From NCBI GenBank assembly GCA_965644315.1, contig CBFFRQ010000018.1, positions 1-64,000 of the forward strand: DNA of 64,000 bases, read 5' to 3'. Origin of the DNA: Caecitellus pseudoparvulus (lineage: Eukaryota > Protista > Bigyra: Bicosoecida). The notes beneath the pieces were generated by a model. The model did no database searches. It had not been told where the DNA came from and was given only the letters and a program-made list of their open reading frames with translations. Positions within the stretch are counted from its first letter, which is position 1; each line of letters starts with the position of its first letter. Made by a program: the position numbers and the translations under genes. Positions 1 through 10,600 of the stretch are shown piece after piece.

Positions 1-1750
1 TAACCCTAACCCTAACCCTAACCCTAACCCTAACCCTAACCCTAACCCTAACCCTAACCCTAACCCTAACCCTAACCCTAACCCTAACCCTAACCCTAAC
101 CCTAACCCTAACCCTAACCCTAACCCTAACCCTAACCCTAACCCTAACCCTAACCCTAACCCTAACCCTAACCCTAACCCTAACCCTAACCCTAACCCTA
201 ACCCTAACCCTAACCCTAACCCTAACCCTAACCCTAACCCTAACCCTAACCCTAACCCTAACCCTAACCCTAACCCTAACCCTAACCCTAACCCTAACCC
301 TAACCCTAACCCTAACCCTAACCCTAACCCTAACCCTAACCCTAACCCTAACCCTAACCCTAACCCTAACCCTAACCCTAACCCTAACCCTAACCCTAAC
401 CCTAACCCTAACCCTAACCCTAACCCTAACCCTAACCCTAACCCTAACCCTAACCCTAACCCTAACCCTAACCCTAACCCTAACCCTAACCCTAACCCTA
501 ACCCTAACCCTAACCCTAACCCTAACCCTAACCCTAACCCTAACCCTAACCCTAACCCTAACCCTAACCCTAACCCTAACCCTAACCCTAACCCTAACCC
601 TAACCCTAACCCTAACCCTAACCCTAACCCTAACCCTAACCCTAACCCTAACCCTAACCCTAACCCTAACCCTAACCCTAACCCTAACCCTAACCCTAAC
701 CCTAACCCTAACCCTAACCCTAACCCTAACCCTAACCCTAACCCTAACCCTAACCCTAACCCTAACCCTAACCCTAACCCTAACCCTAACCCTAACCCTA
801 ACCCTAACCCTAACCCTAACCCTAACCCTAACCCTAACCCTAACCCTAACCCTAACCCTAACCCTAACCCTAACCCTAACCCTAACCCTAACCCTAACCC
901 TAACCCTAACCCTAACCCTAACCCTAACCCTAACCCTAACCCTAACCCTAACCCTAACCCTAACCCTAACCCTAACCCTAACCCTAACCCTAACCCTAAC
1001 CCTAACCCTAACCCTAACCCTAACCCTAACCCTAACCCTAACCCTAACCCTAACCCTAACCCTAACCCTAACCCTAACCCTAACCCTAACCCTAACCCTA
1101 ACCCTAACCCTAACCCTAACCCTAACCCTAACCCTAACCCTAACCCTAACCCTAACCCTAACCCTAACCCTAACCCTAACCCTAACCCTAACCCTAACCC
1201 TAACCCTAACCCTAACCCTAACCCTAACCCTAACCCTAACCCTAACCCTAACCCTAACCCTAACCCTAACCCTAACCCTAACCCTAACCCTAACCCTAAC
1301 CCTAACCCTAACCCTAACCCTAACCCTAACCCTAACCCTAACCCTAACCCTAACCCTAACCCTAACCCTAACCCTAACCCTAACCCTAACCCTAACCCTA
1401 ACCCTAACCCTAACCCTAACCCTAACCCTAACCCTAACCCTAACCCTAACCCTAACCCTAACCCTAACCCTAACCCTAACCCTAACCCTAACCCTAACCC
1501 TAACCCTAACCCTAACCCTAACCCTAACCCTAACCCTAACCCTAACCCTAACCCTAACCCTAACCCTAACCCTAACCCTAACCCTAACCCTAACCCTAAC
1601 CCTAACCCTAACCCTAACCCTAACCCTAACCCTAACCCTAACCCTAACCCTAACCCTAACCCTAACCCTAACCCTAACCCTAACCCTAACCCTAACCCTA
1701 ACCCTAACCCTAACCCTAACCCTAACCCTAACCCTAACCCTAACCCCTAA
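1..1750 (+). repeat. Telomeric repeat array (CCCTAA)n / (TTAGGG)n, chromosome end
   Basis: About 290 perfect TAACCC units starting at base 1; one variant unit (CCCCTAA) at the inner edge, 1744-1750. Confidence 0.99.
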
Positions 1751-4678
1751 CTTTCCAAATGTCAAGCTAATCACAAGTTGTGAAGTGCTAACATTGCCTA
1801 ATCCAGGCGCTCGTGCACCCAAGTGTGGTGTTGCACAGTGCTTGCTGGTTGGGTGGTGCGCACCGGGGCGGGGTAGTGCGAATTCCGCACACCATCGCAC
1901 CGTGGCTCCCAGTTTGCGCCCTCGGTCGGGGCATGCACCTGGGATCGACATCAAAAGCATCATTGACAAGCATCATGAACGCCCAAGTGGATCAAGTCCT
2001 GGGGGTCCTCTTCGTGGAGGGGTGCCTGAAGCGCAAGCAAGTGCTCGGCCCCAGAACAGGTGTCTTCACTGACATGCCACGTCGGGGTGCCGCACGCACC
2101 TTCGAGCTTGGAGGACCCCTGCCCAAGACTGATCATGATAGTTCATCTTCGGCACGGGACATGTGGCTCGAGGTCTATGGGGAAGCCGCCGAACGGCTGA
2201 TCCCAGGGCTGAGTGCGGAATTCGGCAACGCCAATGCGGCCCTGCGCCAGGGACCCACCGGATCGCCAACCATCCTCGTCACGCTCGGAAGTGAGGGTGA
2301 TTCACCAACAGTGGCACGTCAACTTCGCATTCTTGCTGCTCAAGAGGACGACTTCGCCATTCGAGTCGGCCAAGGTGGGTTCGTCGCCGTGGCCTACACC
2401 AACACCAAGCAGTTCGCATCGGCGAAGGCGAAAGTGAAGGTGAAGGCCCACCCCACCGCCATCCAAGTGGCCCACCAAGTGACCAAGGAAGCAACCGAAA
2501 TCGCCTGCCAGTCAGGTGATGTTGCCAAGGTCATGTGCCTCGTTAGGTCCCACTTCGACCATGGCCCCGTGCCAGCCCAAGCCGTCCGTCCCAGTGTCAG
2601 ACAATCCGTCCCCTCCGAGGGTGATGCACCTGTCGACACCAAGACACCATCGACCTGGACTGACACTCAGCTCGACAAGGCACCGAAGAAGAAGAAGACC
2701 CGTCGAGGCAAGCGAGGAAAGGGCAAGTCAGCCGGACGATCCCTCACCTTCGAGGACGTCTTCATCAAGAACGTCCGGCCACCTGCACCTCGACCAACCT
2801 CACCACCTGCCACCCAAGGCTCACCCAAAGATACCGTCACCACCCCTGTGGTGCATGCCATGTTGCCTTCATCAAGGGTGCAGCGGGGCGTCGACCGCAA
2901 GTGGCCGTCCCCCACCCCGTCGGGCGAGGCAAGCCCCGAGGTGCACCGGTATCGGCCGTCTGCAGCAGCAGCATGGGAGGTGATCACAAGGGTGGTGCCT
3001 CTTCATGACAGTGTGCGGACACCCGAGCACCTGGCCGAGTACCCCATCAAGCCTGGCCCTCTGGCCGACCTGCTGTCATCGACCCACGTGTACTCTAACG
3101 TGGGGGGGCGGGCCTGTGTCCAGGCCTGTCTCGAGACGGCAGCAGGGGAGAGGGTCTTCGAGGCTGGGGACCTCCTCCTACTCCAGCATGCAGCCACCAT
3201 CAACGCTGCCCAGCTTGCCTTCAAGCACATGGTCAGGCAGCTGGAGGGGGTGGTCAGTGACTCGTCCAGCTCGGACATCATGGACGTCGGCCAGAAGCCA
3301 CCCTCCCCCTTCCGCTCAGACGGGCAACGGGTGGCCGTCTTCCGCAACATGCTGCACCAGCACTCGCCGGATGACACCTTCCTGGCCCCAGGTACACCAC
3401 CAGTCCTGCTTCCCGGCCTGCACCTGCTCATCGACCGCATCAACCAAGGGTACCGTGCCCCAGCCGGGCATGATGACCTTGGCCAGGCCGGCGTCGACCC
3501 CAGCCAGGTTGATGAAGAGGGTGACCAAGAGGGGCACCTCGACGGAGTGCTGTATGCCTTCGCACTTCGAGAGGTGTGGACCGACAACACGGCCCATCTG
3601 CAGCTCATCCTCGTCGACCATGATCGAGGCAAGCTGGTGCTGTGGAACCCCGACATCCCTGACCTCCATGACGAGCTGCCCCTGCACAAGTGCATGACCC
3701 GGCTGGCAGCCGAAGGCATCAACGTCTTGTACCGGATCTGGACCACACCCGAGGCGGGCAGTCCAGCACCCTTCCGGGACAGGCTTCGAGGGGCACTCCA
3801 GTCTCTCCGAGATGACTTCCCCCCCCTGCCTCACAAGGCCACCGACGGCACCGTGCACCCCCAGACCCTCATCGCTGGCAAGGGCACAAGGGTGGCCATG
3901 CCTCATGGGCGGATGACCCGACAGCAGGCCGCCACCCTGGAGGCTGAGGTCAAGGACCCCCTCAAGCGGCTGGTGCCTGAAGACGGCGAGGGTCGCCTGC
4001 CCAAGGTCAAGGATGTGCCCCACATCTCGATCGGGCAGATGGGTGGACGCCTGATGTAAGTCACCTGTGGGGGCATACTCCCTGTGCCACACATGACTGA
4101 AGCTTTGTGTCGCGACCGACGCACATAGCTGACATCGGACATTGGAAAGTCCAACCCAACCTCACCATCACCAACCCAACATCGATACCAACACATCAGG
4201 ACTCGGCTCAGTGGAAGGGGAAGGCACTTGCAGCAAGATCTGTGAGGCCGCCCCCAAACCTGAGCCGAAGGGACAGCCGGGCTGGGTCGTGTGCTTGCAT
4301 CTCAGCAACACCCAGTCCGTGTCGAGTCCATATCCTCCAGCCCACACCGCCACCCAAGCCAAGCAAGTCGGGTCTCCACCCCTGGACATCGGACCGAGAC
4401 GGACGAGACTGGACTGGACGGACAAGACAAGAGTGGACCGAGACCTGGACCTACACCTCAAGACCATCCCACCGGGGCGGGCGCTGAAGCGCCAAGACAG
4501 ACGGCGACTTATACAACGGACACGAGTCTGTGCTAGTCGCAAAGCCGTGCAAGCGGTGCCGTCGTGGTGTCTGTGTCACTGCATTCTGTTGTGGCGCAGG
4601 TGGCACCACATGTCCAAGCCCAAGCTGTACCATGATGTAGCCTGCATGGAGGCAATCTGCAATGCATTGAGTAGCTAA
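1751..4678 (+). mobile_element. Telomeric non-LTR retroelement family A (non-autonomous; no endonuclease or RT)
   Basis: 5' UTR similar to B, including an identical block (TGCTAACATTGCCTAATCCAGGCGCTCGTGCACCCAAGTGTGGTGTTGCACAGTG). ORF homologous to the B N-terminus. 3' end TGCAATGCATTGAGTAG-CTAA runs into telomere repeats. Confidence 0.88.
1975..4059 (+). CDS. Element A protein, 694 aa; homologue of the N-terminal (ORF1-like / putative cysteine protease) region of B
   Basis: ATG at 1975 (MNAQVDQVLG) aligns with B MEAKTSQVLG. Shared blocks: FTDMPRRGAARTFELGG, CVQACLETAAG, PPVLLPGLH, DHDRG..VLWNP. Uninterrupted; stops where the APE domain begins in B. Confidence 0.88.
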   Translation: MNAQVDQVLGVLFVEGCLKRKQVLGPRTGVFTDMPRRGAARTFELGGPLPKTDHDSSSSARDMWLEVYGEAAERLIPGLSAEFGNANAALRQGPTGSPTILVTLGSEGDSPTVARQLRILAAQEDDFAIRVGQGGFVAVAYTNTKQFASAKAKVKVKAHPTAIQVAHQVTKEATEIACQSGDVAKVMCLVRSHFDHGPVPAQAVRPSVRQSVPSEGDAPVDTKTPSTWTDTQLDKAPKKKKTRRGKRGKGKSAGRSLTFEDVFIKNVRPPAPRPTSPPATQGSPKDTVTTPVVHAMLPSSRVQRGVDRKWPSPTPSGEASPEVHRYRPSAAAAWEVITRVVPLHDSVRTPEHLAEYPIKPGPLADLLSSTHVYSNVGGRACVQACLETAAGERVFEAGDLLLLQHAATINAAQLAFKHMVRQLEGVVSDSSSSDIMDVGQKPPSPFRSDGQRVAVFRNMLHQHSPDDTFLAPGTPPVLLPGLHLLIDRINQGYRAPAGHDDLGQAGVDPSQVDEEGDQEGHLDGVLYAFALREVWTDNTAHLQLILVDHDRGKLVLWNPDIPDLHDELPLHKCMTRLAAEGINVLYRIWTTPEAGSPAPFRDRLRGALQSLRDDFPPLPHKATDGTVHPQTLIAGKGTRVAMPHGRMTRQQAATLEAEVKDPLKRLVPEDGEGRLPKVKDVPHISIGQMGGRLM

Positions 4679-4690
4679 CCCTAACCCTAA
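4675..4690 (+). repeat. Interstitial telomere remnant at the A/B1 junction
   Basis: CTAACCCTAACCCTAA. Confidence 0.95.
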
Positions 4691-7600
4691 TGTCAACCTA
4701 ATCATAGGTTGTGCATTGCTAACATTGCCTAATCCAGGCGCTCGTGCACCCAAGTGTGGTGTTGCACAGTGTTTGGGTTGGCAGTGCAGCGCGCGGGTGG
4801 CAGCTGTGCGAATTCCGCACGCCATCACACCAGCGCAAGCAGTGTGCACTCCCCGCGGGAGTCTGCACCTGTGGATACCTGCATCACGTTCCATCATCAC
4901 CATGGAAGCCAAGACAAGTCAAGTACTGGGTGCGCTCTTCGTGGATAAGTGCATTGCTGCGCGAGCAATGCGTGGACCAAGAACGGGCGGATTTACTGAC
5001 ATGCCGCGCCGAGGCGCTGCACGAACGTTTGAGCTTGGCGGAGTGCCCATCGACGAAGACCCTTCAACATCTTCATCAACAATCCGAGATTCCTGGCTTC
5101 AAGTCTTTGGTGAGGCGGCGGAGGCCCAGTTCCCTGGCATCTGTGCGGAAGTTGGGCGTGGTGCAGCGGCGTTGCGCCGCCCACAAGGAACCCCAGCTGC
5201 CCTGCTAGTCTCGCTTGGCGGAGGAAGTGCCAGCGCAGAGCTGGCACGGAGCATACGCGAAGCAGCAGCACGTGAGGACGACTTCACTGTGCGCCTTGGA
5301 CGAGGTGGCTTCATGGCTGTGGTGTTTCCAGACACACGCCAGTTCGCCAACGCCAAGGCCAAGGTGCAGGTGACTGCCTCGGCCCCAGTGCTCAAGGCGG
5401 CCCACCTCCTGATGCCCCAAGCCACGAAGATTGCTGTTGAGACAGGTGACGTAAGCTCAGTCGTGAAGCTCGTCAAGTCCCATCTTCATGGCCACTCGCC
5501 GCCTGCTCGTCAAGACCGCCACTTCGTCCGACATTCCGTCCCCGTCAAGGGCGACGCCGCTGTCGACAAAGTGAACCGGCCTGCTCCACCCAAGCCTGCC
5601 CACACTGCTCATCATGTGCCAGGCAAGCGCAAGAAGGTACGCCGAGGACAGCGCTCGAAGTCTTCGAAGCCATCCAATGTCGTGCCAGGACGAACGTTCG
5701 CTGACCTCTTCAAGACTCCCCCGTCCGAGCCCTCAGCAAGCCGACGCCCCTTCCGTACAGTGATGCCTGCCCCCACCACTTCACCGCGACCCACGACGGA
5801 GGTTGTCCTTCCATCCTCTCGGGTGCGCACTGGGGCTAGCACGCGATGGGACCAACCGCCAACTGCTGAGCAAGACTCAAAGCAACAACACCATGCCCAG
5901 TCAGCAGCCCAACCCGCTCAGGCACCCAGCACTGAAACGGCCAGGACTTTGTTTGTTGGTGCAGACAAGCCAAGTGTCAAGTCTGAACCGCAGGCATGCG
6001 ACACGTTGGACATGCCAGACTCATCACCACCCTCCCCAGGAATCGTTGAAGTCGTTCGGATGGAAGACTGCAGCAGGCTCCCAGCGGATCTCCCAAGACA
6101 CAGAATCCCAACTGGGTCCCCGCTGGAACGCCTCCTTGCATCAAGCACAGTAGCTGGCAACCTTTCCGAGCGCCACTGTGTGCAAGCATGTCTGGAAACT
6201 GCAGCGGGTGCTCAGGTGCTGGAGCCCGAGGATCTTCTCCTCCTCCAACACGCAGCCACAGTGGAAGCAGCGCAACGCGCATTCAAAACCCTGCGCAAGC
6301 GAGAGGCTGCAGCCCTGTCTGACTCGTCCAGCTCGGATGTCCAGTGCCTGGCGCCGACTAGAGGCGTGGCCTCTTCGGATCCCGAGGACCAGCTAGCAGC
6401 ATTGGCCCGACTGCTGTACCGGTTCACTCCGGATGACTCGCTGCTGCAGCCCACGTCTCCCCCAGTGCTTCTGCCAGGTCTCCACATGCTGCTGAACCGT
6501 ATCAATGTTGGGCATGAAGACCTGCATGGCGGGAACAAGCACCATGGCGGTGTGAGTCCACAAGCGGTTGTGGACGAGGACGAGCAAGAGCGGTACTTCC
6601 ATGGCGTCCACTTCGCCTTTGCTCTCCACCGGCCCCAACAAGTCCACGCTGCCCACCTGACTCTCATACTGGCTGACCATGACCGTGGAGTCCTTGTCCT
6701 ATGGAACCCAGACACACCTGATGCATGCACTGAGCTGCCCATGCACAAGTGTATGCAGAGACTCTACGATGACGCAGTGGACATGGTGTACAGAGTGTCG
6801 GCAACCCCCCACACCGGGAACCCAGTCCCTCTTTGTGACAGGATCCGAGACATATTCCACAGTCTGCGCCAGTCCTTCCCTCCCCTTCCCTTTGTGGACC
6901 ACGAGGGGGCTGTCCACCTCAAGACGTTCATCGCGGGGAAGTCTACCAGGGTCACCATTCAAGCAGGCCGGCTCACTCGAGCACAGGCCTCTGCAGCAAG
7001 TGAGGCAAAGGAGCGCGACCCTCTGTTCCAACTCATTCCATCAGACGAGGATGCCATGCCCCCGAGGTGGGAGCAGAGTCCGTACACACCAGTGGGAAAG
7101 TCCAGCAGCATCCCAGTGTCGCTCGTGTCATGGAATGTTGCTGGGTCGTGTGGCCGCAACCTGCACAAGGTTCTCATCTGCGCCCAGTCTGTGTGCCTCC
7201 GTTCATCCAGACTGGTCCTCTGCCTCACGGAACCTGGTGGCCACGGCACACTTGACTCGGAAGTCATGGGGCTCCAATGTTTCAGGCCCTCCCCCAGATC
7301 GTCCACCCGGTCGCAGTGAAGTTGCGCTTCTGGTCGACCGTCGTCTACGCGCCACGCAGATAGTCAACCTTGGACTCGATGGGCGCTGTGTGGTCGCCTG
7401 CTCCATCCCCATGAAGCCAAGGCCCCTTGCTGTTATCGCGGCCTACGTGCCCAACTGGCACACGGCCCAGCGGAAGAAGCCACTTGCAGACCCAGACACT
7501 AAGCTGCCCCACCGCCAAGAGGTCTGGGAGCAGCTGGCCAACGCTGTAAAAAGTCTGCGAACCACGCATATGATCTCCCTCATGGGGGACCTCAACTGCC

Positions 7601-10600
7601 ATCCTGGTGATGGCGGACTTCCTGCTTGGGACGCAACATGCTGGCAGAACCGGACCGATGTCGCTGACCCCATCCCAGATGTCAAGGAGCTCGCAATCGT
7701 GTGCGAGCATGGTAACCTCGAGCCAGCCGGGCTCGCCGGGTGCTCCACCCATGCCACGAACGGCAGAGCCCTGGACCACATCCTTGTCTGCCCACTGCTC
7801 AAGGCCCAGGTCAAGGTGCCACACACAGTGACGACAACCTTCTCCAGTGCAGGCAAGCAGAATCCGGAGAAGTCGATCCTGAGTGACCACTACCTCCTGT
7901 CAGCAACAGTCCAAGTTGTGATCCCTCCACGGCCAAAGGGTGCCCGGCATGCCCACTCTTCCTTCTCTGTGCCGCCATGGTGGGCATCATCTACACGTGA
8001 AGGGCGCAGGGCACAGACCTTGCACAGGCGGCTGCTTGACTCATCCATCACTGGTGCCGCATCCCCCCACCCGGCCAAGCTGCAGACACCCTGCTGTCAG
8101 GCCTGGATGATTTGGTTGCCGACGCTGCCCGACAAGCCCATGCCAAGTGCAAAGTTGTGGCACCCCCGCTGCTTCAGGCCCTTGCCGACATTCGCACCCT
8201 CAGCTCTGTCAAGAAGCGGATGACAGTGAGGACAGGGCGGATCAAGAAGCAACTCCGCAAGCTTCATCGACGCCGGCACCTTCTTCAGCATAGCCAGTCA
8301 CCCCATGCCCCAGCTGACCTACGTTGTGCGGATGAACGAAAGCACATGCTCATGGAGGACCTTGCTGCCACCCATGTTGAAAGGAAGAAGGCGATGCGCA
8401 AGTGTACTCGGCTGGTTGCCAAGAAACACAAGGCCGCCATGTTCCAAGTCCAGCAGCGCATCCGGGACCTTGCCCGGCTTGACCCCTTCACTGCTCACCT
8501 GCATGTGCGGAAGCTGTCCGGCAGAAGGAGGAAGGGCACTTCGTCGTCCATCCAGTCAGTCATGGACGACAGCGGCACCCTCATCACAGACCCATCACAA
8601 GTGCGGGCTGTGGTCAGGGACCAGATGGCCCAGATCATCAGCCCCCCTCCACGGCAAGTCGTGTCCCTGAAGTTCGGACTGGGCCGGCTGCTCCCATCGG
8701 CCCCGACCCACATGTCGACTGAAGCCGCCTGGACCCCGAGCGTGGACCATATCCTGAAGAAGATCCAGTCCCTGAGCCTCCACCGCAACCCTGGCACAGG
8801 GCACTACCAGGCTGAGCATGTCAAGTATGCCAGCGAGGACTTCCGGAAGAGGTACGCTGCCGCTCTTCAACAGGCCATCAGCACCGGTTCATGTCCAAGT
8901 CAGTACCACAGTGGGGTGGGGACACTCATCCCCAAGACCGCCAGCCAGGCCGGGAGGGTGCAGACATACAGGCTCATTGTCTGCCGTCCCCCCAAGCCAA
9001 GCTCTTCTTCTCGGTCGTGGCCTCATGTGTCGAAGACTGGGTGCAGCACTGGATCTCACATGAGCAGGCAGGCTTCACCCATGCCCGCAACACCCACGAG
9101 CAGATCCTGGCCTTGCAGGAGGTGTCCACTGCCCACCTGCGCGCCAAGCCCACTGCCAGTGTCCTTGTCCTTTTCGTGGACTTCAAGAGTGCCTTTGACA
9201 CTGTCAGCCACGAAGCGATACTCGAGATCCTCGAGTCAGCAAGCCTCCCACAGCCCCTGCTCAGCTGCGTGAAGGACTACATGCAGCGCGCCACAGTGGC
9301 CATTCACACTGGCCATGGTCTTTGCGACCCCCTCCCAGTCACCAACGGGGTCCCCCAGGGTGGCGCACTGTCGCCTCTGTTGTTCAAGGTGGCTATTGAT
9401 GTGCTCTCTCAACGCCTGAGAGAGCTGCCAAGTCAGGGAGTGTCAGGGGCAGGAGTGCCGACACCCCGCGGCCACGTCACGCATACGCTCTATGCGGACG
9501 ATCTTGCTTGCCTCGCCACCACCCCTGCTGCCCTCCATCGGATGTTCCTTGAAGTCAAGGCCCTGGGCAGCCGGGTGGGCTTGGCCATCAACCCGCGCAA
9601 GTCCGGGGTCATGGTCCTCACCGGGGCGCAACAGGTCAATGGGGTGTCAGCCACGGAGCGGCGGAAGCTCATCTGGCGGTCCCGCTGGCTGAGGTCAGGG
9701 CAGTCCATGAAGGTCAAGGGGACACCCATCCAACGCACGAGCACCTACTCGTACTTGGGTGTCCCCCTGTCTGAAACTGTCAGCCGAACCCGACTGCTTG
9801 CCACGAGGCAGGCCACTCTGTCCTGCACTCGGGCTGGGTTCGGCTGCGGTGCCCTCCTCAGTAGTGCGTGGCTGAGTCCGATCCTGAAGCAGCGGATCGG
9901 CACTGCCTCCATCAACAGTGCCGCCGACTACATCTTGGCGTCCCAGGTCAGCAACTCGGTGCTACCTTTGCGGGACGTCGATCGTGGACTTGCCATCGCC
10001 TTCAGCAAGGCCCAGCTGGGGATGCAAAGCTCGCTAGCACGTATGCACAACTATGCAAAGCTTGCTGTGTGCGGCGTCTTGCCAACACACATCCGGGCGA
10101 CGAAACTCCGCAGCATTATCTTCATGAAGCTGCTGAAGAATGTCCAAGTGCCCACCCCCATGGCCAAGGCGCTGTCCATCAGCCTGCGCCAAGCCCTGGA
10201 CCTGCTGCCCTCCCCCCTGGACATGGCCAGCATCTTCCTGGCCAATGTCCGCCTCGACAGGCCAGGCGCTGGAGGCATCCCAGATCCATGGGCCTTACAC
10301 GGTCTACTCGACCTCTGGCTCCTTGGATGCCTCCCTGACCGCGCACGCCTGGAGGCTGTGTGCCTGGAGCCGCCGCCTGACTCTGCCCCAGACACACACG
10401 GGGTCGACATCACCGCTGGGATGGACCCCGCCCCCCCCAAGATCCAGCTGCTTGGACTCGCGGCAGCGGAGTCCTCAGATCTGTCGGCTGCCCCCCAGTT
10501 CCCGGACACCACCCCCTGGGCCACTCGGCAACGCGTCGTCGCCTCCTTCCTTCATGTGGCCCAGACGGTCAAGTGCGGTGCAGTTGGCTACACTCCCACG

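Noticed and set aside
4107-4678. Short ORFs in the A 3' UTR
   Set aside because: Non-ATG starts or low complexity, no similarity to APE or RT; the region is better explained as structured UTR.
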